The notes under the pieces were generated by a model. It saw only the letters and a program-made list of their open reading frames with translations. It had not been told where the DNA came from and ran no database searches. This document shows positions 10,381-19,380 of a stretch of 64,000 nt of DNA, one piece after another. Position 1 is the first letter of the stretch; every line of letters starts with the position of its first letter. The stretch lies in the NCBI GenBank assembly GCA_030064845.1, contig JASJEC010000024.1, forward strand, positions 1,102-65,101. Reading direction: 5' to 3'. The translations under genes were made by a program, and so were the position numbers. Origin of the DNA: Kiloniellales bacterium. GTDB taxonomy: Bacteria; Pseudomonadota; Alphaproteobacteria; Kiloniellales; JAKSDN01.

Positions 10381-11853
10381 CTATTCCGCAGGCTCGGCCG
10401 GCTCCAGGGTATCCTGCCGGGATCCGGTCTCGGGCTGCGGCTCGTCCGCCTGCTTCTCCTTGCGCCGGTCTGGCGGGGTGACGATGCCGCCGGAGACTAC
10501 CATCTTGAGGCCCTCCTCCACGGTCATGGAGAGCTCCTGCGCCTCCTCCCGGGGCACGAAGAGGAGAAAGCCGGAGGTCGGGTTCGGCGTGGTCGGCAAG
10601 AAAACATTCAGAACATCGGGAGCCGTCGTCTTGTCCAGGATGCGTTCATCGGCCTGGCCGGTTAGGAAACCGATCGCCCAGACATCGGGGCGCGGATACT
10701 GGAACAGCACCACCTTGCGGAAGGCCGTGGACTGCTGCGACAGGATGGTGTGCAGGATCTGCTTGACCCCGCTGTAGAGGCTGCGGATCACGGGCACCTG
10801 GGCCAGGACGCGCTCGCCGCTGCGCATCAGCATGCGCCCGGTCAAGCCGGCCGTGAACATGCCTACCAAGGTCAGTCCGATCAGGGCGAAGATCAGCCCC
10901 AGGCCGGGGATGTCGAAGGGCAGATAGGTTTCCGGATGCCACCAGAGGGGGATGTAGGGGTCGACCTGGGCATCGACGAAGGACACGAACTTCCAGGTCA
11001 GCCAGAAGGTGATCGCGATCGGGGCGGAGATCAGGATGCCGGCGAGAAAGTAGTTGCGCAGGCGCGCGGCGAAGCTGAAGCGGCGCTTCGGTCGGCTCTT
11101 GGACTCCTCGGGCTCCAGGTCCGACGCCCGAATGGTGACCGTCTTCGGTGCCTCTCCCGGCGCAGGGGGCGTGATGATCCCGCCGGATATCACCAGCTTG
11201 ACGCCCTCCTCGACGGTCATGTCGAGCACGTGGACATCGCGTTTCGGGACGAACAGCAGGAACCCGGTGGTCGGGTTGGGCGTCGCCGGGATGAAGACGT
11301 TGATCGTGGTGTCGTCGGTCAGGGCCTGCACTTCCCCGACCGTCTCGCCGGTCACGAAGCCGACGGCCCAGACGCCGCGCGAGGGATACTCAATCAGCGC
11401 CACCTGGCGGAAGGCGTTGGACTTCTGCGCGAGGACCGTCTCCAGGATCTGCTTGGTGGCGCTGTAGACAGAGCGCACCACCGGCACGCGGGCCAGGAGG
11501 CGTTCGCTGTGGCCGGTGATGATCCGGCCGAGAAAGCCGGCGGTCGCCACTCCGATCAGAATGAGGATGATCACCGCCACGATCAGGCCGATGCCGGGCA
11601 GACTGAAGGGCAGATAGGTTTCCGGGTTCCAGGCCACCGGCACGAGGGGCATCACCGAATCGTCGACAAACTCGATCAGGTTCCAGGCGATCCAGAAGGT
11701 GATGCCGACCGGCGACGTCACCAGGATACCCGCGAGGAAGTAGTTTCGAAGGCGCGCCGCCAAGCTCGGCCGCAGGTTCTTCGGCGTCCGTGGACGCCTT
11801 ACCTTGGGCCCCCCGGCCTTGAACCCGAACTGCCGTTCCCGCTTTTGCTTCAT
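10381..11853 (-). CDS. Tandem DUF502-domain membrane protein (two full copies in one ORF)
   Basis: Two homologous units, each with ARLRNYFLAGIL..P..ITFW, PETYLPF..PG(L/I)GLI, VPV(V/I)RS.YS, NPT.GFLLFVP and MTVEEG.K.V.SGGI.TPP. Confidence 0.85.
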   Translation of the reverse strand: MKQKRERQFGFKAGGPKVRRPRTPKNLRPSLAARLRNYFLAGILVTSPVGITFWIAWNLIEFVDDSVMPLVPVAWNPETYLPFSLPGIGLIVAVIILILIGVATAGFLGRIITGHSERLLARVPVVRSVYSATKQILETVLAQKSNAFRQVALIEYPSRGVWAVGFVTGETVGEVQALTDDTTINVFIPATPNPTTGFLLFVPKRDVHVLDMTVEEGVKLVISGGIITPPAPGEAPKTVTIRASDLEPEESKSRPKRRFSFAARLRNYFLAGILISAPIAITFWLTWKFVSFVDAQVDPYIPLWWHPETYLPFDIPGLGLIFALIGLTLVGMFTAGLTGRMLMRSGERVLAQVPVIRSLYSGVKQILHTILSQQSTAFRKVVLFQYPRPDVWAIGFLTGQADERILDKTTAPDVLNVFLPTTPNPTSGFLLFVPREEAQELSMTVEEGLKMVVSGGIVTPPDRRKEKQADEPQPETGSRQDTLEPAEPAE

Positions 11854-11966
11854 GTGTCCTCAACGCTCGTGGCGACCGGGCATGTCGCCCCTCCACCATA
11901 AACATAGGTGCTGAAGCAGGTTACGGCAAAACCGTGCAAATTGTTTAACCGGTTCGGCGGAACCTT

Positions 11967-12833
11967 CTAGAAGAAGGCCAAGAGCTCCGCCAGGGTCTCC
12001 TCGGGCACCTCCTCCGCCAGAAAGTGACCGCAGGGCAGTGTTCGTCCCTGGACCGATTCCGCCCGCTCCCGCCAGGCCGCGAGGACGTCGAAGCAGCGCT
12101 CGACGACGCCCTTCTGGCCCCAGAGCACGAGCAGCGGGCAGGTGAGACGCTTGGCGAGGTCGGCAGCGTCGTGCTCCAGGTCGATACTGGCCGCCGCCCG
12201 GTAGTCCTCACAGGTAGCGTGGATCGTCTGCGGGTTGGCGAAACAGCGCTTGTATTCGGCCACGACCTCTACCGGGAAGGCGCCGGGTTCCCGGCTCCAG
12301 TGCCCGATCTTGTGATCGAGGAAGTACCCGGGATCGGCGCCGATCAGCCGCTCCGGCAGGTCGTAGGGCTGGATCAGGAAGAACCAGTGATAGTAGGCGG
12401 TCGCGAAGTCCTTGTCGGTCTGCTCGTACATGGTTTTGGTCGGCGCGATGTCGAGCAGGGCCACCTTCTCGATCCGCTCCCCGTGATCCAGCGCCATGCG
12501 ATGGGCCACCCGGCCCCCCCGGTCGTGGCCGGCGACGCCGAAGCGCTCGAACCCGAGGGCCGCCATGACCTCGACCTGGTCGCGGGCCATCGCCCGCTTG
12601 CTGTATCCGGCGTGGCCTTCGCCCGCCGGCGGTTTTCCGGAGTCGCCGTAACCGCGCAGGTCGGCGGCGACCACGGTGAAGCGTTCGGCAAGGCCGGGAG
12701 CGACCTTGTGCCACATTACGTGGGTCTGCGGGTAGCCGTGCAGCAGCAGCAGAGGCGGCCCCGAGCCGCCGATCCTGAGATTGATCTCGGTCTCGCTGCT
12801 TGAAACTCTTCTTTGCTCAAAGCCTTCGAACAC
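11967..12833 (-). CDS. Alpha/beta hydrolase, haloacetate dehalogenase-like
   Basis: LLLLHGYPQTHVMWHKVAPGLAE, nucleophile elbow GVAGHDRGGRVAHRMALDH (Asp nucleophile), C-terminal GHFLAEEVPEE. Probable GTG start at 12833 preceded by GGGGAGAG. Confidence 0.85.
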   Translation of the reverse strand: MFEGFEQRRVSSSETEINLRIGGSGPPLLLLHGYPQTHVMWHKVAPGLAERFTVVAADLRGYGDSGKPPAGEGHAGYSKRAMARDQVEVMAALGFERFGVAGHDRGGRVAHRMALDHGERIEKVALLDIAPTKTMYEQTDKDFATAYYHWFFLIQPYDLPERLIGADPGYFLDHKIGHWSREPGAFPVEVVAEYKRCFANPQTIHATCEDYRAAASIDLEHDAADLAKRLTCPLLVLWGQKGVVERCFDVLAAWRERAESVQGRTLPCGHFLAEEVPEETLAELLAFF

Positions 12834-12975
12834 AATGCTCTCCCCCCAACAAGCCTTGCCGGTCGGGCATCGTCGCTGTCGAAGTCGTCGAGACTCGCGG
12901 CGCTGGGACCTGCCCCCTCGTTGCGCGGAGCATAGGGCGCGGCGGGGCCGGTGCAAAGGTCACCGAATTTTAGTG

Positions 12976-13062
12976 TGGTGCGGCTGGAGGGACTCGAACC
13001 CCCACGGGCTTTCGCCCACTAGCACCTGAAGCTAGCGCGTCTACCAATTCCGCCACAGCCGC
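12976..13062 (-). tRNA. tRNA-Leu (anticodon CAG), CCA encoded
   Basis: Reverse complement GCGGCTGTGGCGGAATTGGTAGACGCGCTAGC TTCAGGT GCTAG...GGTTCGAGTCCCTCCAGCCGCACCA; 7-bp acceptor stem GCGGCTG/CAGCCGC, long variable arm. Confidence 0.95.
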
Positions 13063-13109
13063 GGGCGGCTCCTTGGGGTGTGCTTTCCAGCCCGGTGATC
13101 CGGCGCCGT

Positions 13110-13196
13110 TGGTGCGGCTGAGAGGACTTGAACCTCCACGGGGTTGCCCCCACAGCGCCCTCAACGCTGCGCGTCTACCAATTCCGCCACAGCCGC
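13110..13196 (-). tRNA. tRNA-Leu (anticodon GAG), CCA encoded
   Basis: Reverse complement GCGGCTGTGGCGGAATTGGTAGACGCGCAGCG TTGAGGG CGCTG...GGTTCAAGTCCTCTCAGCCGCACCA. Confidence 0.95.
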
Positions 13197-13363
13197 ATGA
13201 GGTGCCGACAGGCGGAAAGCACCCTGAGAAGAGCGGAGCGTGTTATAACGTCTGGCGGAAAAAGGGCAACGGAAATATTGGCAGCCTCGTGTTCCGTGCC
13301 CATGTGCTCCGGGACCGGGGCTATCGGCCTCCGGTCCCCTGCGAATTCGAGAGTTGAAGGGCG

Positions 13364-13585
13364 ATGCGCCTGCTGGTTCTGATCGGCATCCTGGGCGGCC
13401 TCCTGGCGGCGACGGCGGCGGTCGTCGCTTACGCCTGGACCAGCATGGCCGAAGTCGACATCAGTCCCCACGGGATCCTGGCCCTCGTTCTCGGGGTCGT
13501 CTTGAGCCTGCTCCTGGGCGCCGGCTTGATGTTCCTGATCTTCTACAGCAGCCGGCGGGGCTACGACGACGACGTCGGCTCCTGA
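13364..13585 (+). CDS. Small two-TM membrane protein, hypothetical
   Basis: 73 aa: MRLLVLIGILGGLLAATAAVVAYAW...ILALVLGVVLSLLLGAGLMFLIFYSSRRGYDDD. Confidence 0.6.
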   Translation: MRLLVLIGILGGLLAATAAVVAYAWTSMAEVDISPHGILALVLGVVLSLLLGAGLMFLIFYSSRRGYDDDVGS

Positions 13586-13710
13586 GCGCCAGCCATGCAA
13601 ATTGCGGTGGTCTGACAAGGCGTTTCGGCAATGGTCCCGCGACCGCCGACGGATCAATTATCCGGAGCGGCCAGGAAGCGGCCCGGAACGCCAAGCTGGA
13701 GGTCAATGCC

Positions 13711-13788
13711 ATGAACATGTCGAACCTCATCGGACTTGCCCATATGGGCGCCCTCGCCCTGCTCGGCTTGGCGGTGGTGCTGTCCTAG
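13711..13788 (+). CDS. Possible 25-aa hydrophobic small protein
   Basis: MNMSNLIGLAHMGALALLGLAVVLS, preceded by CTGGAGGTCAATGCC (plausible RBS). No homology evidence. Confidence 0.25.
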   Translation: MNMSNLIGLAHMGALALLGLAVVLS

Positions 13789-14081
13789 AAGGCGCGCGAA
13801 TGGATCGCTCTGGGCGATCCTGTTTCAATCAAACTCTGCTGTCGGGAGGTCAGGGGCTGAAAGTGGCCCTACCTGGGCGCTCGTGAGCCTGCCTGGCTGG
13901 CGAAAAAACTACGCCAAGCACGTTTATATGGGCTGAACGAACATGCTTAAGCGACCGTGGACAAGAGGTTGAGATTCTGATCACTCGCGGTCCTAACCGC
14001 CTGTTGAAGCGGTTTGCCATTGATTAACCAAGGCACCGCTAGGCTGCCCGGGTCTCGAAATCATCGCCCGTCTACTGCGCC

Positions 14082-14606
14082 ATGTGCCGCCGCCAAAGCC
14101 TGCTCGTCGTCCTCCTCGCCATCCTGGCGCAGCCGGTGCCAACAATGTCGGCGTCGGCCGATTTCCAGGATGGTTTGCAGTCCTACTACCGGATGAGCTT
14201 TTCCAGGGCGCTCTCCGTCTGGCGCCCGCTCGCCGAAGACGGCGATCCAAAAGCCCAGTACCAGCTAGGCGTCATGTACTACCGCGGCGAGGGCGTGCGC
14301 CAGAGCTATGACGAGGCCGCCGAGTGGTACCGGCGCGCCGCGGAAGGTGGCGACGCCGACGCTCAGTTCAACCTGGGACTGATGTATGCCAACGGTATCG
14401 GGCTCGACCGGGACTATGTCTCGGCCCATGTCTGGTTCACCCTGGCGGCATCGACCTACGCCCATCGCCAGCGCGAGACCTGGGCGATCGCGGATCCCCA
14501 CTGGGCCGCCCGAAATCGGGACTGGGCCGCCAGCAAGCTCTCGACCGAGCAGCTCGCGACCGCCCGCCGGCGCATCAGCGCCCTGCGGTCCCGGCTCCCG
14601 GGCTGA
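14082..14606 (+). CDS. SEL1-like tetratricopeptide repeat protein, exported
   Basis: Repeats of the form A.YQLGVMYYRGEGV.Q.Y.EAA.WYRRAAEGGDADAQFNLGLMYANGIGL, with an N-terminal signal-like segment. Confidence 0.85.
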   Translation: MCRRQSLLVVLLAILAQPVPTMSASADFQDGLQSYYRMSFSRALSVWRPLAEDGDPKAQYQLGVMYYRGEGVRQSYDEAAEWYRRAAEGGDADAQFNLGLMYANGIGLDRDYVSAHVWFTLAASTYAHRQRETWAIADPHWAARNRDWAASKLSTEQLATARRRISALRSRLPG

Positions 14607-14611
14607 TCGAC

Positions 14612-15244
14612 CTACTTGGTGCCGTAGAGGCGGTCCCCGGCGTCTCCCAGGCCGGGGACGATATAGCCGTGATCGTTCAGGCGCTCGTCGATCGACCCCG
14701 TGAAGATCGGGATTTCCGGATGCTCTGCCGCTAAGGCGGCGATCCCCTCGGGGGCCGCCAGGAGACAGACGTACTTGATGTTGGTCGCGCCCGCGTCCTT
14801 GATCCGCGAAAGCGCCGCGGCGGCCGAGTTGCCGGTCGCCAGCATCGGATCGACGGCGATCACCAGACGCTCGCCCAGGCCTTCGGGAACCTTGAAGTAG
14901 TACTCGACGGCGGTCAGCGTCTCCGGGTCGCGGTAGAGCCCGACGTGGCCCACCCTGGCCGAAGGCACCAGGTCGAGTATGCCTTCCAGCAGGCCATTCC
15001 CGGCCCGCAGGATCGAGATCAGCACCATTTTCTTGCCCGCGAGCTTGGGCGCCCGCATGGGCCCCAGCGGCGTCTCGATGTTGGCGGTGGTCAGCGGCAG
15101 GTCCCGCGTGACTTCGTAGGCGAGCAGCAGGGAGACTTCCCGCATCAGCTGCCGGAACGTCGCCGTCGGGGTCTCCTTGCGCCGCATGAGCGCCAGCTTG
15201 TGTTGGACCAGGGGATGATCGACCACGGTAACCGCGTGTCCCAT
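14612..15244 (-). CDS. upp: Uracil phosphoribosyltransferase
   Basis: 210 aa; [61 protein letters not shown]. Confidence 0.96.
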   Translation of the reverse strand: MGHAVTVVDHPLVQHKLALMRRKETPTATFRQLMREVSLLLAYEVTRDLPLTTANIETPLGPMRAPKLAGKKMVLISILRAGNGLLEGILDLVPSARVGHVGLYRDPETLTAVEYYFKVPEGLGERLVIAVDPMLATGNSAAAALSRIKDAGATNIKYVCLLAAPEGIAALAAEHPEIPIFTGSIDERLNDHGYIVPGLGDAGDRLYGTK

Positions 15245-15274
15245 GCTACCTCCTCCGAACCGCGCTCCCTGCGC

Positions 15275-16516
15275 TCAAAAAAGCGTGCCGTCGCTCTCTA
15301 CCGCGATCGGCGGCCGCCCGTCGGACCGCTTTTCCCGGGCGATCCTGCGTCCCGCGCTCCAGGTGCCCCCTTCGAGTACCCGCGCCAGCGGAAGCCCGGC
15401 GGCGCTCAGGTCCAGGTCCGCCCGAATCTGCTCGGCGACGCGGTCGAGAAGCACGACGGTAAGCGCCCGCCATTCGACGACAAGCTCGCTGTCCGCGGCG
15501 TGCCTGCGGCCGAGGACATCGTCATGCTTGGGCCTCAGGACTCCGAGGTCAAGGAATAAGCCGCCGTTGCGGTACTCGGCGAGGCCGGTCAGGTCGTCGA
15601 GTCCGGTGACCGTCACGCCGGCGGCCTCGAGAGGCTCGACCAGGGAATAGGCCAGCCATTGCGAGAGCTTGTGGAAGGGCACGAGGCGGTCGGTCAGGTC
15701 GTTGCTGGCGGCCGCCGGATGCGGCCAGACGTCGCCGAGGACCGCGCCGTCGATGGCAAGCCGGCCGGGCCAGATCGGCCCGAGGGCCTGGAGCAGGGTG
15801 TCGAGAATGCTTGCGGCCGGCAGGCCGTCCTCTCCCGAAGCCGCCTTCAAGAAGTCGAACAGCGCGCCGATGCGCGGCCGCTCGGCGCCGAAGAGATCCG
15901 GCCGGTTGCGGAGTGCGCCACCGAGTCGTCGCAGCAGCGCGGCTCGGCCCTCCAGGCCGACCAGGGGATTGCCGGCGTCGGCCTGAAAAGAGCGACCCAG
16001 CGCCTCGGTCGTGATCTCCTCCAGGGCGTCGGCGTCGGCCCGGTATCGTTGCGCCGGGTCGGTGGAGAACAGACCGTCCTGGAAAGCGTAAAGACTGGCC
16101 AGCGCGAGGCCCTCCGAGCGCGCGTGGAGCGCGCCCGACCCGGGCTCGCGGTAGCGCCACTGGGCGCCCGCGCCGGCGTCGAGCAGCACGCTGGTCACCG
16201 CCAGGTCGATACGGATCCGGGCCAGCTCGTCGAGTGACGTCTCGGCCAGACGATCCCGAAGTTCCAACCAGCGGTCCCGGCCGTCGACGGCGAAGTGACG
16301 CCAACGGCTGTGGTAGGGAACGTCGAGCGCCGGATAACGCTCCCTCATGGTCTCGAGCACGTAGCGCGCCGCCTCACCGAGGCGTCCGGAATCGAGCGCG
16401 AAGTGGCGCAGCGCACCGGCCTCGGCGGCGTCGTACACCATTCGGCAGCGCGCGCGGATCGCCGCAGGTGTGCGCAGCCAGGCGGCGGCTGCGCGCGGAT
16501 CGGTCAAGGTCTCCAA
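15275..16516 (-). CDS. URC4/urg3 family protein (DUF1688)
   Basis: About 413 aa; LRHFALDSGRLGEAARYVLETMRERYPALDVPYHSRWRHF, GSWPH-like VWPHPAA, FHKLSQWLAYSLVEPLEAAG, GLTGLAEYRNGGLFLDLGVL. Start approximate (TTG at 16516). Confidence 0.85.
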   Translation of the reverse strand: METLTDPRAAAAWLRTPAAIRARCRMVYDAAEAGALRHFALDSGRLGEAARYVLETMRERYPALDVPYHSRWRHFAVDGRDRWLELRDRLAETSLDELARIRIDLAVTSVLLDAGAGAQWRYREPGSGALHARSEGLALASLYAFQDGLFSTDPAQRYRADADALEEITTEALGRSFQADAGNPLVGLEGRAALLRRLGGALRNRPDLFGAERPRIGALFDFLKAASGEDGLPAASILDTLLQALGPIWPGRLAIDGAVLGDVWPHPAAASNDLTDRLVPFHKLSQWLAYSLVEPLEAAGVTVTGLDDLTGLAEYRNGGLFLDLGVLRPKHDDVLGRRHAADSELVVEWRALTVVLLDRVAEQIRADLDLSAAGLPLARVLEGGTWSAGRRIAREKRSDGRPPIAVESDGTLF

Positions 16517-16523
16517 GGTGTTC

Positions 16524-17783
16524 CTAGTAATCCGTAAGGCCGCGGCCCTTGGTCCGCGCCAAGTCGGACTCGGCCGGCACTGCCGTTTCCGTGAAATAGC
16601 CCGCCGCCTTCTTGGCCTCGATCTCAACACGGGCATCCACCGGGATCAGGTCCTCGGGGATCGGCACGCGCTCGACGATCTCGATGCCCTGGCGGGTCAG
16701 GGCGTCGTGCTTCATATCGCTCATGGAAACGAAGCGATCGATCCTGGTGACGCCGAGCCAGTGGAGCGCGTCGGGCATGAGTTCCTGAAACCGGACGTCC
16801 TGGACCCCGGCGACGCATTCCGTGCGCTCGAAGTACTGATCGGCCCGGTCGCCGCCCTCCTGGCGCTTGCGCGCGTTGTAGACCAGGAACTTGGTGACCT
16901 CGCCCAGAGCGCGTCCTTCTTTCCGGTTGTAGACGATCAGCCCCGCGCCGCCCTGCTGCGCGATTTCGACGCAGATCTCGATGCCGTGCACGAGATAGGG
17001 CCGGCAGGTGCAGATGTCGGACCCGAAGACGTCCGAGCCGTTGCACTCGTCGTGCACCCGACAGGCCAGCTTGCGGGCCGGATCGGAGATTGCGCCGGGG
17101 TCGCCGAAGCAATAAATCGTCAGCCCGCCGATCGGGGGCAGGAAGACCTGAAGATCGGAGCGGGTCACCAACTCCGGGAACATGCCGCCGGTATGCTCGA
17201 ACAGGCTGCGCCGAAGGTCTTTCTCGCTGACGCCGCAGCGGCGCGCGATCCCCGGCAGATACCACACCGGTTCAATGGCGGCCTTAATGCAGTTTATCTC
17301 GCCGCTCTCGAGCAGCACCCGCCCGTCGGGCTTGAGCCGTTCGCTACGCAGGAGCTCCTTCATCTCGGGAACCGTCAGGCGGGCCCGCGTGACGGCGATG
17401 GTCGGGCGGATGTCCTGACCCTGATCGATCAGATCCTTGAACACCTCGCCGGCGAGATGGCCGAAGGGGTCGAGTGAGACAATCTTGTCGGCGTCGGACC
17501 ACTGCGGGTGGGGGCCGATGGTCTCGGTGGGCGCGGTGTTGGTCAGATCCGCCTTGTGCAGGGGATCGAGGCTCCCGGCGGCGATCGCCAGCGCCCGATA
17601 AAGCGCGTAGGAGCCCGCGTGGGCGCCGATCACGTTGCGCTGCCCCGGATTGGTCAGGGAACCGATCACCGGCCCGCGGGCCTTGGGATCGGCGGAGGCC
17701 CAGGTGATCGGCACCGGCTTCTGGCCACCGCCCGGGTGGGAGGTGAGAACGATGTGCTTACTTGGGCGTTTCGATCCGGTCAT
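16524..17783 (-). CDS. GTP cyclohydrolase II-like protein, URC1 type (uracil catabolism)
   Basis: 420-codon ORF; CRVHDECNGSDVFGSDICTCRPYLVHGIEICVEIAQQGGAGLIVYNRKEGRALGEVTKF resembles the GCH II Cys/zinc region; distinct N-terminal extension PITWASADPKARGPVIGSLTNPGQRNVIGAHAGSYALYRALA. Confidence 0.88.
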   Translation of the reverse strand: MTGSKRPSKHIVLTSHPGGGQKPVPITWASADPKARGPVIGSLTNPGQRNVIGAHAGSYALYRALAIAAGSLDPLHKADLTNTAPTETIGPHPQWSDADKIVSLDPFGHLAGEVFKDLIDQGQDIRPTIAVTRARLTVPEMKELLRSERLKPDGRVLLESGEINCIKAAIEPVWYLPGIARRCGVSEKDLRRSLFEHTGGMFPELVTRSDLQVFLPPIGGLTIYCFGDPGAISDPARKLACRVHDECNGSDVFGSDICTCRPYLVHGIEICVEIAQQGGAGLIVYNRKEGRALGEVTKFLVYNARKRQEGGDRADQYFERTECVAGVQDVRFQELMPDALHWLGVTRIDRFVSMSDMKHDALTRQGIEIVERVPIPEDLIPVDARVEIEAKKAAGYFTETAVPAESDLARTKGRGLTDY

Positions 17784-18036
17784 CTCAAGCCTCACGGGGC
17801 TCCAGCCGAATGGCGATGCCACGCGCAGTAGTAGCGCGCCTTTGTTACTGAATTCCGAGCGTTTGCCAACTTCCTTACCGAAGACGCTGATTCTTCCCAC
17901 AAAGCCGCCCGCTCGACAATGCGGAGCCGGCGCCGCCGCGCCGACCGGCGACAGGCCGCTCGCCCGGCCCTATAATCTCTGGCGGGGCTCCGGGGCGAAG
18001 CGGCTGCGAACCGACAAGAATTGGGGTCAAAGACCA

Positions 18037-19356
18037 ATGACGATCGAGACGACGACCAGCGCAGGCCGGGACGGCCTTGCGACCCACGAACGCCCCGCGC
18101 CCCACGTCTGGCTGGTGCTTTCCCTGCAGCACCTCTTCGCCATGTTCGGGGCTACCATCCTGGTGCCGATCCTGACCGGGCTCAGTCCCGCGGTGGCCCT
18201 GGTCAGCAGCGGGCTCGGCACCCTGCTCTACATGGCGGTCACGGGTTTCCGGATCCCGGTCTACCTCGGGTCCTCCTTCGCCTTCATCGCGCCGATTGTC
18301 GCGGGGGCCCAGATGGCGGGCGTCGCCGGCGCCATGTTCGGCGCGTTCTGCGCGGGCTTGGTCTATCTCGTGGTCGCCGTCCTGATCCAGCTGTTCGGCG
18401 TGCGCTGGCTGTTGCGCCTGCTGCCGCCGATCGTCGTCGGGCCGGTCATCATGGTGATCGGCCTCGGGCTGGCGAGCGTCGCCATCGGCATGGCCACCAA
18501 CACCGCGGGCGGTGGAGCTTACAGCCTGGGACACTTCGTCCTGGCGCTCTTCACGCTCGCCTGCGTCCTGGCCTTCTCCATTGTGCTGAGGGGCTTTTTC
18601 ACCGTCGTGCCGATCCTCCTCGGCATCATCTGCGGCTACCTGGTCGGCCTGGTCTTCGGCTTCGTCGACTTCGGACCGGTCGCCGCCGCCCCGTTCTTCG
18701 CGGTGCCCGACTTCGTGGCCCTGTTCTCCGGCCTGACCGCCGCGACCGGTGGGATTCCCTGGGAAGTCCTTCCCCTTCTGGTGCCGGTCGCGATCGTGAC
18801 GATCGCCGAGCACATCGGCGATCAGGTGGTGGTGAGCCGCGTTGTCGGGCGCAACTTCCTGGTCAAGCCGGGCCTCCAGCGGTCGCTGCTCGGCGACGGC
18901 CTAGCGACCATGCTGGCCTCCCTGCTCGGCGGACCGCCCAACACGACCTACGGCGAGAACATCGGCGTACTGGCGATCACCCGCATCTTCAGCGTCTGGG
19001 TGGTCGCGGGCGCGGCGGTCCTGGCGATGCTGCTGGGCTTCGTCGGCTCGGTCGCCGCCTTCATCGGATCGATCCCGATGGCCGTGATGGGCGGCGTCGC
19101 CATTGCGCTGTTCGGTGTGATCGCGGCATCTGGTCTGCGGACCATGATCGAGGGCAAGGTCGATTTCGGCGAGAAGCGCAACCTCTTGATCGCTTCGGTC
19201 ATCCTGGTGATCGGGATCGGCGGCGCGACCCTCAAGCTGGGCGACTTCGCCGAGGTCTCCAGCATGGCCCTGGCGGCCATCATAGGTATCGTCCTGCACG
19301 CCGTCCTGCCCGGCAAGGAAACCGCCGGCGACACCGGCGCCATTCTCGGCGACTAG
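18037..19356 (+). CDS. Uracil-xanthine permease (NCS2 family)
   Basis: QHLFAMFGATILVPILTGLSPAVALVSSGLGTLLY, TTYGENIGVLAITR signatures and multiple TM segments. Confidence 0.93.
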   Translation: MTIETTTSAGRDGLATHERPAPHVWLVLSLQHLFAMFGATILVPILTGLSPAVALVSSGLGTLLYMAVTGFRIPVYLGSSFAFIAPIVAGAQMAGVAGAMFGAFCAGLVYLVVAVLIQLFGVRWLLRLLPPIVVGPVIMVIGLGLASVAIGMATNTAGGGAYSLGHFVLALFTLACVLAFSIVLRGFFTVVPILLGIICGYLVGLVFGFVDFGPVAAAPFFAVPDFVALFSGLTAATGGIPWEVLPLLVPVAIVTIAEHIGDQVVVSRVVGRNFLVKPGLQRSLLGDGLATMLASLLGGPPNTTYGENIGVLAITRIFSVWVVAGAAVLAMLLGFVGSVAAFIGSIPMAVMGGVAIALFGVIAASGLRTMIEGKVDFGEKRNLLIASVILVIGIGGATLKLGDFAEVSSMALAAIIGIVLHAVLPGKETAGDTGAILGD

Positions 19357-19380
19357 TCGCAAGAGGGCTTGGCCGGTTTC

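Noticed and set aside
19349-19360. 12-bp palindrome GCGACTAGTCGC at the permease stop codon
   Set aside because: Too short to support a terminator or a protein-binding site claim without recurrence.
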